Of a stretch of DNA of 42,426 nucleotides, positions 1 to 20,600 are shown in pieces. Numbering within the stretch: position 1 is the first letter of the stretch; every line of letters starts with the position of its first letter. This DNA is from Phoronis australis (lineage: Eukaryota > Animalia > Phoronida): contig NMRA01000005.1 in the NCBI GenBank assembly GCA_002633005.1, positions 372,686 through 415,111 on the forward strand. Reading direction: 5' to 3'. The translations under genes were made by a program, and so were the position numbers. The notes under the pieces are model-generated. The model did no database searches. It had not been told where the DNA came from and saw only the letters and a program-made list of their open reading frames with translations.

Positions 1-404
1 ACGTTGGCAAACGGTCGCCTCTAAGTTGGTGCGACGTTGGCAAACAGTTGCCTCTTAGTTGGTGCAACGTTGGCGAGCAGCCGCCTCTACGTTGGTCCAA
101 CGTCGGTAAACAATCGCTTGCAGGGTGGTGGGACGTTGATAAGTGGTCGGAATTGAATTGGCGCGACGTCGGTAAAGGGTCGTATTTCCGCCGTCGGGCC
201 CAGGTCGTACCGTCGTCGGTTATTAGTCGGCAGTCGGTCCAACGTCGGGTCATCGGCAGCCCGACTGCGACGTTCTTACGACGTTGTTACAACGTTCATC
301 CGATGGACAAAATCACGTTGGTCCGACGTCAGACACCAACGTTGGCCCGACGTAACGTGAGTCGTCGGACCGACGTTGGGCCACCGACAGCATGCTATCT
401 GGGT
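1..404. mobile_element. Partial non-autonomous element built from CCAACGTTGG/CCGACGTCGG palindromic units (left end outside window)
   Basis: Dense repeats of acgttgg/ccaacgt/ccgacg; ends abruptly at tgctatctgggt; CpG-rich compared with its flanks. Confidence 0.65.
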
Positions 405-1396
405 TGGATATGGAGTTGAGCGTTTGAACGAATAACAATTGACCATCATGAATTAGTGATTCAGCCTTTACCGCCACTGGGGCCCTCGCCAGTTCAAATC
501 AAATATCACCCGGCTAACTTGGAGCTTTATTTTCGCATTGGACCGTCAGTAAAATCACCAAAATGAATTCCATACCTGATTTTGACAGACATTTATGTCA
601 CAAGTACGGGAAATGGTTCAAAATCGGTTTTTGAAATTCGAACCACAAACAACGATATGTTCGACTTCCCATTTGCTTGGTTCAGTTTTGCATATTGAGA
701 AATCACTAACTGAATGCACTCGAGGTTAAAATTGTGCTTTGGATAACAGACACCAGACAATAATCGGAAGATACTTTCAGTCCGCCCCACTTAGTTAAAA
801 ACTTCATATAACAAAATCCATTCGGTCACAATCTGTTCCCACAGTAATACTCAGCTTCAAAATATGAAATTTATTTACAATTTAGAAAAAAAGTAGAATG
901 TTCAACTTTAATTCGTAGGGTAGCTATGGTTGCCTAGCTACATTTTCAATGTTAAGGGCAATGCAACCCTTTCAATGTAATTTTTGGTTAGAGAAAAAGA
1001 TAGTTGGGTCTGGCCTGTTAGTCTTTTTTTGAAAATTGAGTACGAGGACAATATTTTTAGTTGCTCACTTCTTCAAAAATGTAAACTACCACCAGAGATC
1101 AGGAGAAATGCCGCTTTGCGCGATGTTTTTATTCACAGCTTTCCAATTAATCATGGCGCTTCAAACCGTGCTTACCCTTGCTCACGTCCTTGTACAGCGT
1201 TTCAAAAAAAAAAAACAAAAAAAACACGATACCTTGACTGAACCTGATGTGGGCGGCGTTGTTTTAATTGGGGCAGTGAACGCTGGTTGCAACATGTGTC
1301 AGGTACGGACCAGAACCAACTACTTTTTGACATTAAGTTACGACTTTTGCGTTATCAAAGATAAATTTTAGAACTTTTAACTACAAATGCGTCCCA

Positions 1397-1408
1397 CCGG
1401 AAGTGACG
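1397..1408 (+). promoter_or_regulatory. Overlapping ETS/CRE motif CCGGAAGTGACG
   Basis: Exact composite motif typical of metazoan proximal promoters, in a CpG-richer zone. Confidence 0.4.
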
Positions 1409-2639
1409 CTTGCGGACCAAATCATATGGCCCCATGCACCAGCTTTGAGGCAAATACTTCGGACTGTGTTTGACATCGTATGCGTCCGCTGTGTGCATCA
1501 ACTTGTTAACATTGTTTGCCTTTTCCCAAATCTTATTCAGTATGCCAGGAAGTTGTTGCCCTCGGAAAAGTATCGGGAATTCTGTTCAGCGGTGAATGTC
1601 AGAGCAATGCGCTTGAATTGGTTTCAAGAATGCAGTGCTGCCCGTTGAAACCAGTGTCATGCGAGCCCCAAACATTTCTTGCCGTCGGATTACGCGGAAA
1701 GAACATGTGCCCAGAGATCATTATAATGTTTTTACATGCTTCATAACTACGCTAATGTATATAGCATGAACTAATTGACTAGCGGCTATTTGAATATGAT
1801 CTACGCTAAACAAAGTGTAGTTGCATTCATTGACAACTGATCACAAAAGTGAAAACAAAAAATTCTGCAAATGAGTGACCCTTGCACCAATGAAGCAGTA
1901 TGCCGATACCATCGGTATTTCCCTTCTCTTCACCCTCGCTACCTTGACCTAATGGGAGCACTTCTTTCAAAAGCAATCCGCGCGAGCTGCATGCAGAAGC
2001 TTCGGTACAGATTAAAGGCCATGAAGTTGGTGTCACCCATGCGTGCAAGCAGTCACCGCAGGGTTCCAGGCCACAGAACTGCTGTCACCCTATATGACTT
2101 GTGTAAACAATCACTCCAGTGTTCAAGGTTGGCAACCACTAGTACAACTTCACCATGTACGTGATTGTGTTTCAATAGTTGTGAAACAATCCATTTCCCC
2201 TCAACTGCATATCAAACAATTAATGACTAAATCCCGCTCAACTAAGTTCTAATTCAATTTAAGGGATCGTTGGAGAATATTTGTGAAGAAAAATAATTAC
2301 AGCAATTTTAACAAAGTATATTATACAATTAACAGATGTCCACTACAAGACTGATTTCCACAAACAACTTTGGTGAGTAATGATTCAAAATATGAACATC
2401 ACTTACAGAGTGACAGGGGCATATCTAACTAAAACCTTGAGAAATTGAATTAACTTAAAATTTTAATTGAAGAGGAAATGACATGAGAAGAGCATTACAG
2501 ACCTTGCCACACCCAGACTAAGCTAGGCAAGGTGCTTTAGTACCCCAGCCAATCAGCAAGTCAAGCCCGGCTATTCATAGATACATGCCAAAGATAATGG
2601 ACTCTGTAAATCTTTGTTAGAAAGTACTGCACCTGTAGT

Positions 2640-2955
2640 TATTTCCACCAGATTATGTTTATTCCCTTACCCTAGGTCAGTCAAGTTTTAGTCAATCATT
2701 AGTGGCATATATTAGTCACATTTTCAGAACCACTCTAGTTGTGACTAAAATGTGACTAGGGACTGTGCACAAGTGCACTTGAATAGATTTAGTCACGTTT
2801 CAGTCATTTCATTTACATAATTGAGGCTTATTGCTAAACCCCTAGTCAATGACTAATCATGACTAGAACTTATTAATAAGTAATTGCACTCATGCAAAAC
2901 AAAGTGACAAGAGCATTAGTTATGACTAAAAGTGTGGGATATTCAGTCAGTAGAG
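2640..2955. repeat. Degenerate TAGTCA/TGACTA-rich element (probable MITE remnant)
   Basis: Many ttagtca/tgactaa words in both orientations. Confidence 0.4.
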
Positions 2956-3642
2956 CTTTTGTCACAAAAATGTTTCATGCAGTCTGCATGAGCTCTTTGC
3001 TTTCTGTTTCATATGGCTATACATTAATGGACAACACATTTCCAACTCCTCAGTTAATCTTTTTATAAATGACCAACAAAGCTGGAAAGATAATTTTGCA
3101 GCAAATTTGTTGCATGATTTTTGTTAAAATGAAGCATCCATTGTTAGGAATCCACTTCTGAAAGAAAATTATTCCGTGTAACCCCTGACATTGGTTTGGT
3201 TTCTACCTCCAGTACTAACATTGTTTTAATGCGTTTAGGGTGAAATCTATACAGCACATCCTCCAAACAACTAGCAACACCCAAGCAAATAAATTAATTC
3301 CCCAGATCTTTAAGAGACAGTGTTCTCCACAACAGAAAATTCTCACTCGACTGTTATACAAAATTCATGTACAGAGGGTTAGAGTTGCATTAGAGACGGG
3401 TATTGCAATGCACTGTCTGCAGGTGCATGATTAAGGTGAGTTGGGTGTAATTCGTATTAAGGCAATTAACAGTTATTAAAATCTCTTGGTCAATGTACAC
3501 CGACCTCTTACCTATTTACACTGTCACAATGTTTTGGTCGGGCTATTCTCTGGCCATCATCAGGTGTACCTGCGTTCTTAGAAGAACGAGCATGGATATC
3601 ATGTGGTACACTTATCATGGTGTGATTTTTTTGATTATATAT

Positions 3643-3731
3643 TGTCCGAGGAAGGATTTGAACCCACCGTCGACTTCTGAAGATACAGATATTTTGAGTC
3701 CAGCACCTTAACCAATACACCATGTCGTGAC
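3643..3731 (-). pseudogene. tRNA-derived sequence (pseudo-tRNA or SINE head)
   Basis: Minus strand reads GTCACGACATGGTGTATTGGTTAAGGTGCTGGACTCAAAA...GGGTTCAAATCCTTCCTCGGACA, with an A box, a B box and a partial acceptor stem; the anticodon stem is broken. Confidence 0.6.
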
Positions 3732-4119
3732 AATGTAAATAGACAACAGATCGATGTAAATACACCAACAGATTGTAACATGCCACAACCTCAGAGCAGT
3801 TTTAGAAAGTCATAAGGCAACTAAGTCACGAAACTGAATCAAAAATGACAACAAAAACGTTGCACTAAGCCTTTAACATATACTGTACCTAGCACAAAAT
3901 TCATGTAATAGATGAAACATTACTGACTGTACAGTAATGGGGAGTTGAGTGTATCTTCAATGAACTTGGCCAAGATGAAAATGCTAGACAGAGATGAAAG
4001 ACTATCATTATATATTCAACTGTGTTGAAGAGGAACAGTCTTGTCATAATACTGAAATGCATCACACCAAATCAAAATAGCCACGAGCCTGACGGCGAAG
4101 AGTTCAAATGTCACCAGCT

Positions 4120-11626
<7,507 letters not shown>

Positions 11627-11686
11627 ATGGTTAAAGAAGAGGATCTGATAAAGGCGGTTAAAGCAAACAACATTGATAAAGTAGAG
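11627..11686 (+). CDS. ANK gene coding exon 1 (MVKEEDLIKAVKANNIDKVE)
   Basis: ATG at 11627; GTTTGT donor; phase 0; upstream acceptor ttttcag ends at 11567. Confidence 0.8.
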
Positions 11687-14600
11687 GTTTGTAGTAATTA
11701 ACCAAAATTCTCTGCCGTACTGTGATGTGTTAAATTGTGTCTATGATGACTGGACAACTCTTTCAAAAGCCTATTCAATGGAGCGCATCATCGCCCTTCT
11801 AAAATCAGACTGTGTGTCCGACTAAAGTGAAAACTCGATATTGAATGACATCATGAGGTCGCTTAAATTCCAAAATGGCATCTATAAAAGCAGTTATCAA
11901 CAAATCAGTGTGGACTAACCGGCACTACGACTGGGGACAAGTTTTTACGATTTGAACATTGAATTTGAAATTTTGATTGGCCAAAGAAATTAAACCACAC
12001 ATGTGACTTCTTCAGAACTGAAAGACATCAAAAAGTCCCCTAGAATTGCTATGAACCAAGTTTACATCATTCGATTCAGTTGGTTATTTCTGTATGAAAT
12101 TTACCATAATTACTTCATACAATCTTGTGTTACATATCGTGGTGTACTTAAAAATTTATTGCTAAGAATCAGTTTTCAATGTAATCTCCTTAAAACTTAA
12201 AATCACGTTGGACACCATCTAGGATTTCTAGGGGAAACTAGCTATGAAGAATGATTGCTAATGGTCGCGTTCGCACACTAATTCTCAAGTTTCAATCACA
12301 AAGGAAACATAACAAGACCTGGCTCGTGATTGAAATATATGAAGACTATCCTGAAAATATCTCACTTTATGGAATAAGTTCATGGTTATCCTGTATTCTC
12401 ACGTTTATGTCCTTGTAATTGAGACTTGTTTCTTTGGACTGTGTGGCTAATTGTTTCAACAGACATGCAATCTGCTACCAGTATATGATGCTTTGGACAT
12501 TTACTGTTTTCAGAAATTATACGTAAAGTCGTCTGGATCGTTTAAGAAGAAGAAGGAGAATGTGCCATCAACCAAGGAACTGGCACAGAAGTCGCAGAAG
12601 GTTGCTGTCACTCACATGAATGTCAACTGCCATGAGGAGGAGACTGGATACACCCCTTTCATGATAGCTGTACTTAATGGTACGTGTGCTTCATTGGGCA
12701 TCATGACTGCGTGACATTTCAATCTCACAAAACCAGTGTAACCTTGCACAGAACACACCGCTCCCTTCAGGATATGCTATAGAACTACTGGAGCAATTGA
12801 TTTGTTGTGTTCATACAACTACGGGTTCTAAGAACTCCATAGCATGTTCAAAACTGAACTACAATGTTGCAGTTTAGTTACCTCAGAAGACTTGCATTTT
12901 TCTATTATAGTTAGACTCTAAGTACCTTTTGAATATAATATTTATTATTAATGGTAGTATGCAACAAACCGTTTCAAAACTCAGGTCGGATTGTACAACA
13001 AATTTGTTGAGTTAACTGGCATTAGATCATAGTCATCACACCTCATTCTACATAACAGTCGCACTACAAACTGTTTGTGGCAGTGATTGAAATAATCTTA
13101 TCACTGAATGGATTACAGGTTTCCGTGAGGTAGCCTTATCCCTGATCTACCACTGTGCAGATATCAGTGAAGTAGATAACAAAGGGTAAGTAACTTAGTG
13201 ATATACTTGTTGGAGGAGAAGTTTATTAAACCACCTAAGGGACAATGAGCAAACCATGAATCAGTAATCAAATTATATATTTCCTTGGTGTTTATCTAAT
13301 GATGCCATAAACACAAGCCTTCTGTCATAAAAAAGCAACTTTTGATTTAGGCCAGCTGTTCCCTTATTCAGGTAAGAGCTAAATTGTGTTCAAATTGATT
13401 AACTTTTTTTCCTACAATCAAAACTTTTGTTACTTAAATGTTACAGATGTGACTTTCACTAATTTGAAAGTTTAATTGGAAATATTAATTATCAAAAATC
13501 AGGTAGTTTCAACTGTTAGTATACTTCTTGTGTAGCAAATGATATATTAAAACAATTTTGGCATTTATTTCTTCATGTCTGTAGAAAAAATTATGAAAAA
13601 AGTTATGTCACATCTGTAACGCAAAATTTTACAAATAAGAGATAAACCTTCCGATAAAAGCAAAATTTCTAAGACTAACAGAAAATGGACCTGCAGACAA
13701 CAAAATTCAATGATTAAACTATGTGTAAACATCAAAATGAAAGTTAAAAGGGTGATTTGAAATTTTTAAGTCCATGGCACAAATACCGTGGAATGCACCA
13801 TCTGGGCGTGCCTGGAACTGACAAGGAACAATGGTGTAAGTTGGTTGGTATTGTGTAATATATCACTGTCATGCAATTTATTGTTCTTGATAGATTGTAG
13901 GAGCTTTGAGTTGGTTGGTATTGTGTAATATATCACTGTCATGCAATTTATTGTTCATTTTAGTATTGTGACATTTTACTGTGACGCCATCTGTTGCCCA
14001 TGTTAGTAAATTGCATAACTTTTCACTGTCATGCCATCTGTTGTCCATGCTTGGGTTCTAGTCGGTTTGCATTGTAATGAATTAGTACTTCAAAACTTGC
14101 TCAGTTACACTGCTCCATGAAGTCTAAAAACATTTGACACAAGGACTGATCAATGTTCCATGCAAAAACTACATTAAAAATACTTAGCACATTCTATTGA
14201 TCTGATTCCACATTTGTGTTGAGTTATGTCAGATGATCTTTCAAAGAAAGTCCATGTGGCAGGAAGCCCAACATTTCACCATTAACCAAAAACAGACGTT
14301 ATTTGAAATTGTGACGGATGCATGCAATGAAAAATCAACTTACACCAGGTTAGTGACCTCTGTTGTTGAAAAATGTTTCAGAAACACTGCTTTACACTTG
14401 GCAGTTTTCACTGGCCGATCGGACATGATTGATGTCATCATCAATTGTGAAGCAAAGGTGAGCTATGGTCCCAATGACCTAAACTGTCAAAGGTTTCACA
14501 TAGTCACAGTGGCCCACGTGATCACAACAGCCCAAATGGTTGCTGGATGTGTCTGGTTTGGTATCTTCATTGAACCGCTGTTAGACTATTTTGCAAATGC

Positions 14601-17600
14601 CAACTTGGCTGTTGGAATTGCATAAGGTTCAAGCTTGTTGTTGCGGCTGCTATTAATGCAATGCTCTGTATTTTGAGACTATCCTGTTGTGAGGGTCCTT
14701 TAAAGAGGCAATATCTTCAGTTGCGTTCATGTTTTTGCAGTCTTGGTGCCTTGCATCTTTAATCCACTGCCAGCCAGAGACACCTGGTGGCCATTTCTTT
14801 TACTTAGAATTATTGTATTTGTTTTTGCAGATCAACCAAGCTAATAATGATGGAAACACTCCTCTGCACATTGCAGTCCAAAACTGTGCTCCTGGTAAAC
14901 TCTTCCTCATTTTTAAGTTATTACAGGTAGGTGTTCAGAGCTTTAGGTGTTCAATTGACTGCTTGCTCTTTTAGTTGAGATTTCTCAGTGTTTCTTAATG
15001 TTTTTTGACTTCTTTCTGGGGTATCAATTCATTGAAAATTTAAAATTAAAAGGAAGAACTGCAAAGAGTTTGAAATTAATCATAATTTTGTTCAAGCTTT
15101 GTTCAGTGCAATACCGGCTCTTGACGTGGTGACCTGCCAATGCGACCTGCAGGTTGCCACTGCAACCTCAGATTGTGTTTGGCGACCTGGGAAAAATGTC
15201 AAGTTGCCACAAAGTCGCCACTTCGAGTATCAAAGTCAGACAATAATTCCCCCTAAATTCATTTCAAAGTTCTTGTTGACTTCCAAAATTACTAACAGTT
15301 TTCATTTTAGCGCTTAAACTACGACATGAAGTAATGAGATGAAAGTTGTAATTGTGCAGCAAAACTCAGGCAAGATCAGTGAAATACGCACGGTTCCATG
15401 TTGGTCTGTTTAATAGTGGAGGAATTGAGTTAGAGAATGAAATTTAGGGGGAGAAAGTAGAACACTGAGAATGGGGCGCATTGCAACCGCGTAATTTTTT
15501 TTAGTTAACAACATTTGCACCGGGTTGGCAACCTTAGATTTCATTTAACGACTTTGGATGTTAAGTTCTGGCAACCTCAGACTTGGCATTAACCTAAGCA
15601 TGGAGCACTGCATACATAACAGGTTCTGTCCTAATTTGGCTTTACACTTAATGTATTTCTAAAGGGATTAGTTCAATGTATGATCTGATTTCCAATAAAG
15701 ACACCGGGGGGGGGGGNGGGGGGGTGGGGGTGAAAATGTCAAAGCCTTGATAGCACATTTGGCTAATTTGTACCATTTTGTTATCACCACAGTGATACAA
15801 AATTTGACAATTAATCATTTCACTGGCAAATCTAGTATATTGCAAAGAGGGGCAACAACAGTTTCTGGAGGACAAAGTGGCCTCCAGGAAATGGCCTGGT
15901 GGTCCCATTTTGGGGTTGTGTCCAGAGCAGATCTAAGGCTTCTTCCTATCAATAAATTAATTTATGCTGTATACTGATTGGGTTCAGTATTCAGTGGCTT
16001 ATGGCTGCCCTAACCCTGTATACAGTATACCAGCCTTATCTTACCTTGTACTGAGTTGAGATAGATAAAGGATTTGATCTGCCCGAATTTGCATGCCTCT
16101 TTGTTATATCATACTAGTTTCTAAATGTTCTTTATATTTTTGACTACTCCTGTGTTGCGTTTCTATGCACGTCTCCACATTGTTTGGTGATTATAAAATG
16201 TGAACATTCTATGTGTTGTATGATTCCACAGTGATAACATAATATGAGTATTGTAATATGCTATGTGTGATTCCACATTTTTTCATTATACAACGTGAAC
16301 ATTGTATTCAATATGTCTTGATATTGTTTCATTATTTAATATGTGAATGTTGTATTCTACACTTGTCTTCGCGCTGTTTCATTAAATAATACAATTTGAA
16401 CATTGTATTCTATGCATGACTCCACGTTGTTTAATATGCATTGTGAACATAGCATTCTATGCATGACCGCACCTTGTTTTATTTTACAGTTTATTGTATT
16501 CTATGCATGTCTCCACATTGTTTCATTATACAATGTGAACATTGTATACTACGTGTGACTCAACATTGTTTCGTTATACATTGTGAACGTTGTATTATAT
16601 GCATGTCTCCATATTCTTTCACTATACCTGTGCGAATTCTTGCTTCCTTATAGTTTGGTGCTGATCTCTATGCAGTAAACAAATCTGGCCACACCCCTTT
16701 AGATCAAGCAGCTGTGTTCGGAAAACAAGGTTTGAAAGTTGAAAATAATGATGGTGGTTATCAGGTGTAGCGTACTCATTCTACTTCTATGTTCACGTGC
16801 CCATAGATACAGGAGTTCAATGTTCACAATCAAGTCCTATTTGAGGTTTCCATGAATGTTGAAGTCTTCATTTATGTTCGATTTGTAAGGGTGAAATGCC
16901 TTGGCTGCAGTTAATTTCCAAAATTTTTATGGCTATAGAAAGCAGACTGAATTCATATTATTAACATTCGTGAGAAAATTGTCTCTTTTGTGGTAGTTAG
17001 AATGAAACGCATAAAAATTATGATATTAAAACAAAAATTAGAATCTACCATAGCTCTCTTTGGATTCAAATAGTTATTCAAATTGCACATTGTTGTGATT
17101 ACTTTCATTCGTTCAAAGTGACAGTTTAGACTTGATTATTTGATTTAGACTCGATTCTTTAATTTGGACTTCTTGATTGTTTAATTTGGCCCTGATTGAC
17201 CCAGGTGCCTCCACACCAGTCTAGACTGTAGTTTCATATTTTATCTGTCCTTTCACGTGTGGTTATCTGGGGGCTTCATTAAGTCAAACCACTTCCAGAG
17301 GCAGCTTCAGCTCTAATTGATCACGACAACAACCTGCGTCAGAACACACGTGCCATCGTGGAGGCATCCATCAGAGGTCATTCAAGTATGGTTCAAGTTC
17401 TGCTGGATAATGGTGTCCATCCCAACCGACAGGACAGAGCATTAGGCACGTGTGCCTTGCACGAGGCCATCAGATATGAGAGGTACTACACGAGTGTTCT
17501 TTTGTTTCCATGCTTTTGCATTTAATTCATTTTGAATAGAAATATTGTATTCCTATTTGTTATTAAGATGCCTAATTTTACAAAGTTGGCATTAAATGTC

Positions 17601-20600
17601 TAGTATCACAAGGCAATATTAAGTAAATAGTGTCTATTAATTTTTGGAGGTTAGTGCATTACTAGTGAACTGGGTGTGTAAGTGTGTGAGAGCTTTACAC
17701 AGTGCTTAAGTATAAGTGTACCAGAGCTGCACGCAGTGCTAGACAAGTGTAAGTGTGTGAAAGCTGCACACAGTGCTAGTAAGTGTACATGTATGAGAGC
17801 TACGCACAGTGCTAGTGTAATTATATGAGATCTGCACACAGTGCTAGTGTAATTGTATGAGAGCTGCACACAGTGCTAGTGTAATTGTATGAGAGCTGCA
17901 CACAGTGCTAGTGTAATTGTATCAGAGCTGTATGCAGTGCTATTGTAAGTGTGTGAAAGCTGCACACAGTGCTAAAAGTGTACGTGCCTTGTATGACAGC
18001 TACGCACAGTGCTAGACATAAGTGTAATTGTATGACAGCTGCACACAGTGCTAGTGTAATTGTATGAGAGCTGCACACAGTGCTAGAAATGTTGAAGGAT
18101 GGTTCTATTTTGTCTTCAACCTGAAAAAATGCATTCCATTTTCAGAGCTGAAGTTGCATCCATTCTTCTATTACACGGAGCGAACCCAGACAAGCCGAAT
18201 GGAAAAGGTGAAACAGCAGTTGATATAGCGAGACAGTGCTCTTCACAGAAGTCGTCCATGTTCCTTGCTTTGATACGAGGTATGAACACTGGTGGCGAGT
18301 CTTATTTCTAACATTGACATACATCCTCTTTGGTAATTGGTTAACGACATGGGCAGTAGTTGTTATGAATGTTAATTATCGCATATATACTAACTTCACA
18401 AATCACTAATACAATTAATCCCCTAATTTGACGTACTAGTGTGACTGTTTTGTTGCCTTCAAACTAAGACACCGTCCTCCTCGTCGGATAGCCCGGTTAA
18501 TTATGTGACTGTGACTTAAGGTTGATTGAGTTGTTAATGAAGAGTAAAGACAGTCCAGCTTTCTTAGGTTGGAAGGGTGAAGTCACAAGGCGCTGTTTAA
18601 GGTGGATTTTGGTCTTTGTTTTGTTTTGTTTTCATACCTATTTACTTCTTATAAGATTAAGAAGTCCTGAGTTTGTAAAAAAATTAAGTTCTGCAAGTTG
18701 GTATCTTTGCTCAATTTGAGAGTATGCTTTTACTAGTCAAACCTTTACATGTTTCTTTTTTCCATGTGTTGTCAGATGGTGCCCAGAAGCCCAAACAAGT
18801 GCCTTGCTTTAATCGCAGAGAGTCACAAGTATTAGATGCCCAGTCATCTAAACGTGAGTTTACTTAACCTGGACCCAGTTGCATAAAAGTTATACGCCAA
18901 AAAGCAACAATGATGTCACATTGTCATGCGCTACGTTGTTATTGTAATGAACAATGCACCTGACGTCATGCAATAATCAAACTTATCCAGCGGATGATTT
19001 TATGCAACCCAACCCTGCTGCATGTAATGTTTTTAATACATTACATTTCTTTACTCAGAATTCGTGTTTTTAATGAATATGGGTGAAGTTAAATAACAAT
19101 ACATCATGCAGAACAATTAAGGATTTTGAAAAGGAACGTATAGTGATTGGGCGTACAATTGACATGAGATTATCATAAAAGTGAGGTAGAGGAAGGCGGA
19201 AGGGAACGGAACTTCATACACTTATTCATATTACACACATTCATTTGAATGTTTAGATTTACTGGCTTATCTACAAGATGAAAGTAGTATAATATTGTTT
19301 ATTTACTCGACTGTTATGTTCATAATATGAACTATAAGAAAAGTACTTCATAAATCTCATTATGCCGCATGCTCCCATATAGTCCTGCATCATTTTAGTG
19401 ACATTCAGATTGTTGACAAGATAAATAAGTCTAAATGGGTTATTGTCTGCACAGGTCAAGTCAACCTGTGGCATGGCATTGCGAACAGGCATGTGTATTT
19501 TTCAGTCCTTTGAAAGCTAAAGAAACTGGTAGGTGAAGGAATTAAACATTAGACTACTGTGGTTTGCAGTGTCCAAACCACAACTGGTATGAACTACTGA
19601 GTGTCAGGTACCCTACCTACTACAGCGTGTTACAGTTTACTGATTAACTCATTTTCAGAATATCCACTTTTGAACAACAACTTAAAGTGGACAAAAGACA
19701 CGCCAGACTTCTGCAGCAGTTGTACGGCTCAAAATCCCAACTATAATATCCTGGATGGTAATCTTTGTCAAACAGCACACGTTTTATAATTAAATATGCT
19801 GCTCCAAACCTGTGATCAGAGTTGCAAGTTTCAGTACTTGTTTCTGTTGGTTCCAATTTGAGTTTCTGCAACACACTTGACTTGTAATTTTCTATTTGAA
19901 AGCGGGTTTACTAGAAAGTATTTGGATGCTAGGCAGTAGTTCCTTCATAACGCAGCTGAATGCAAGATTTTCGCTATAATTTTACTCTTATTTCCATGTG
20001 TGTTATCGTGTTGTCGTTCATGAGCTCCTTGATTTTGTGTACTGGCAACCAAATGGAGTTTATTTATTGTTTAATGTTAACTTAAAAAAACTGTTAAACA
20101 TTGTTTATGCCTTAAATCACCATGATGTCTACTCTTTGGGTTCTTTGTCAATTCTAAGCCTTTACCAAAAACACTAATTTATTATTTTTTTAAAAGATAC
20201 GTCATTAAATTCAGTGATTCTTCTTTCATTACTCCTTTTCTTTGACATTAAATAAGTGTTAGTGTGCAGCGCTAGAATGTTCAAACTAACTCTTAACACT
20301 CTTACTGTTTCCAGGAAATCCCAAATCATTCTGGGTCATCCCAGCCACTAGTCATTCCTGGTGCGTATTTGATATGGGGGTGGAGCATACGCTAACTGGG
20401 CTGGCCATATTGGGATGGTAAGTGTCAGATGTTGTGTTAACAGCAATTACTAAGTGAAGTTGAAAACTAGACCAAAGGAATCCATCACAATACATGAACT
20501 TTTATTGATAATAACAACAATTGTTTTCAAACACGATACTGTGTTAGGCTTTTGTAGCCATAAATGAAGGCCCTGGCTCTGGGCCTTTTTGTTACAATAA

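Noticed and set aside
48-419. 123-aa ORF with WxxVG repeats
   Set aside because: By-product of the CCAACGTTGG repeat element; non-ATG start and no recognisable domain.
14233-14625. 130-aa ORF as a standalone gene
   Set aside because: Only 14382-14457 is exon; the rest is open intronic sequence.
15104-15610. hAT-like MITE (cagtgc...gcactg)
   Set aside because: The terminal match is only 6 bp and no 8-bp TSD is visible; probably TE-derived, but the boundaries are unsupported.
15706-15730. Poly-G run as a functional G-quadruplex
   Set aside because: Simple homopolymer containing an ambiguous base (n at 15717); its length is unreliable.
19758-20314. ANK intron 10 as U12-type (tcttaac near the acceptor)
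   Set aside because: The donor is GTAATC, not GTATCCTT, and a normal pyrimidine tract is present.
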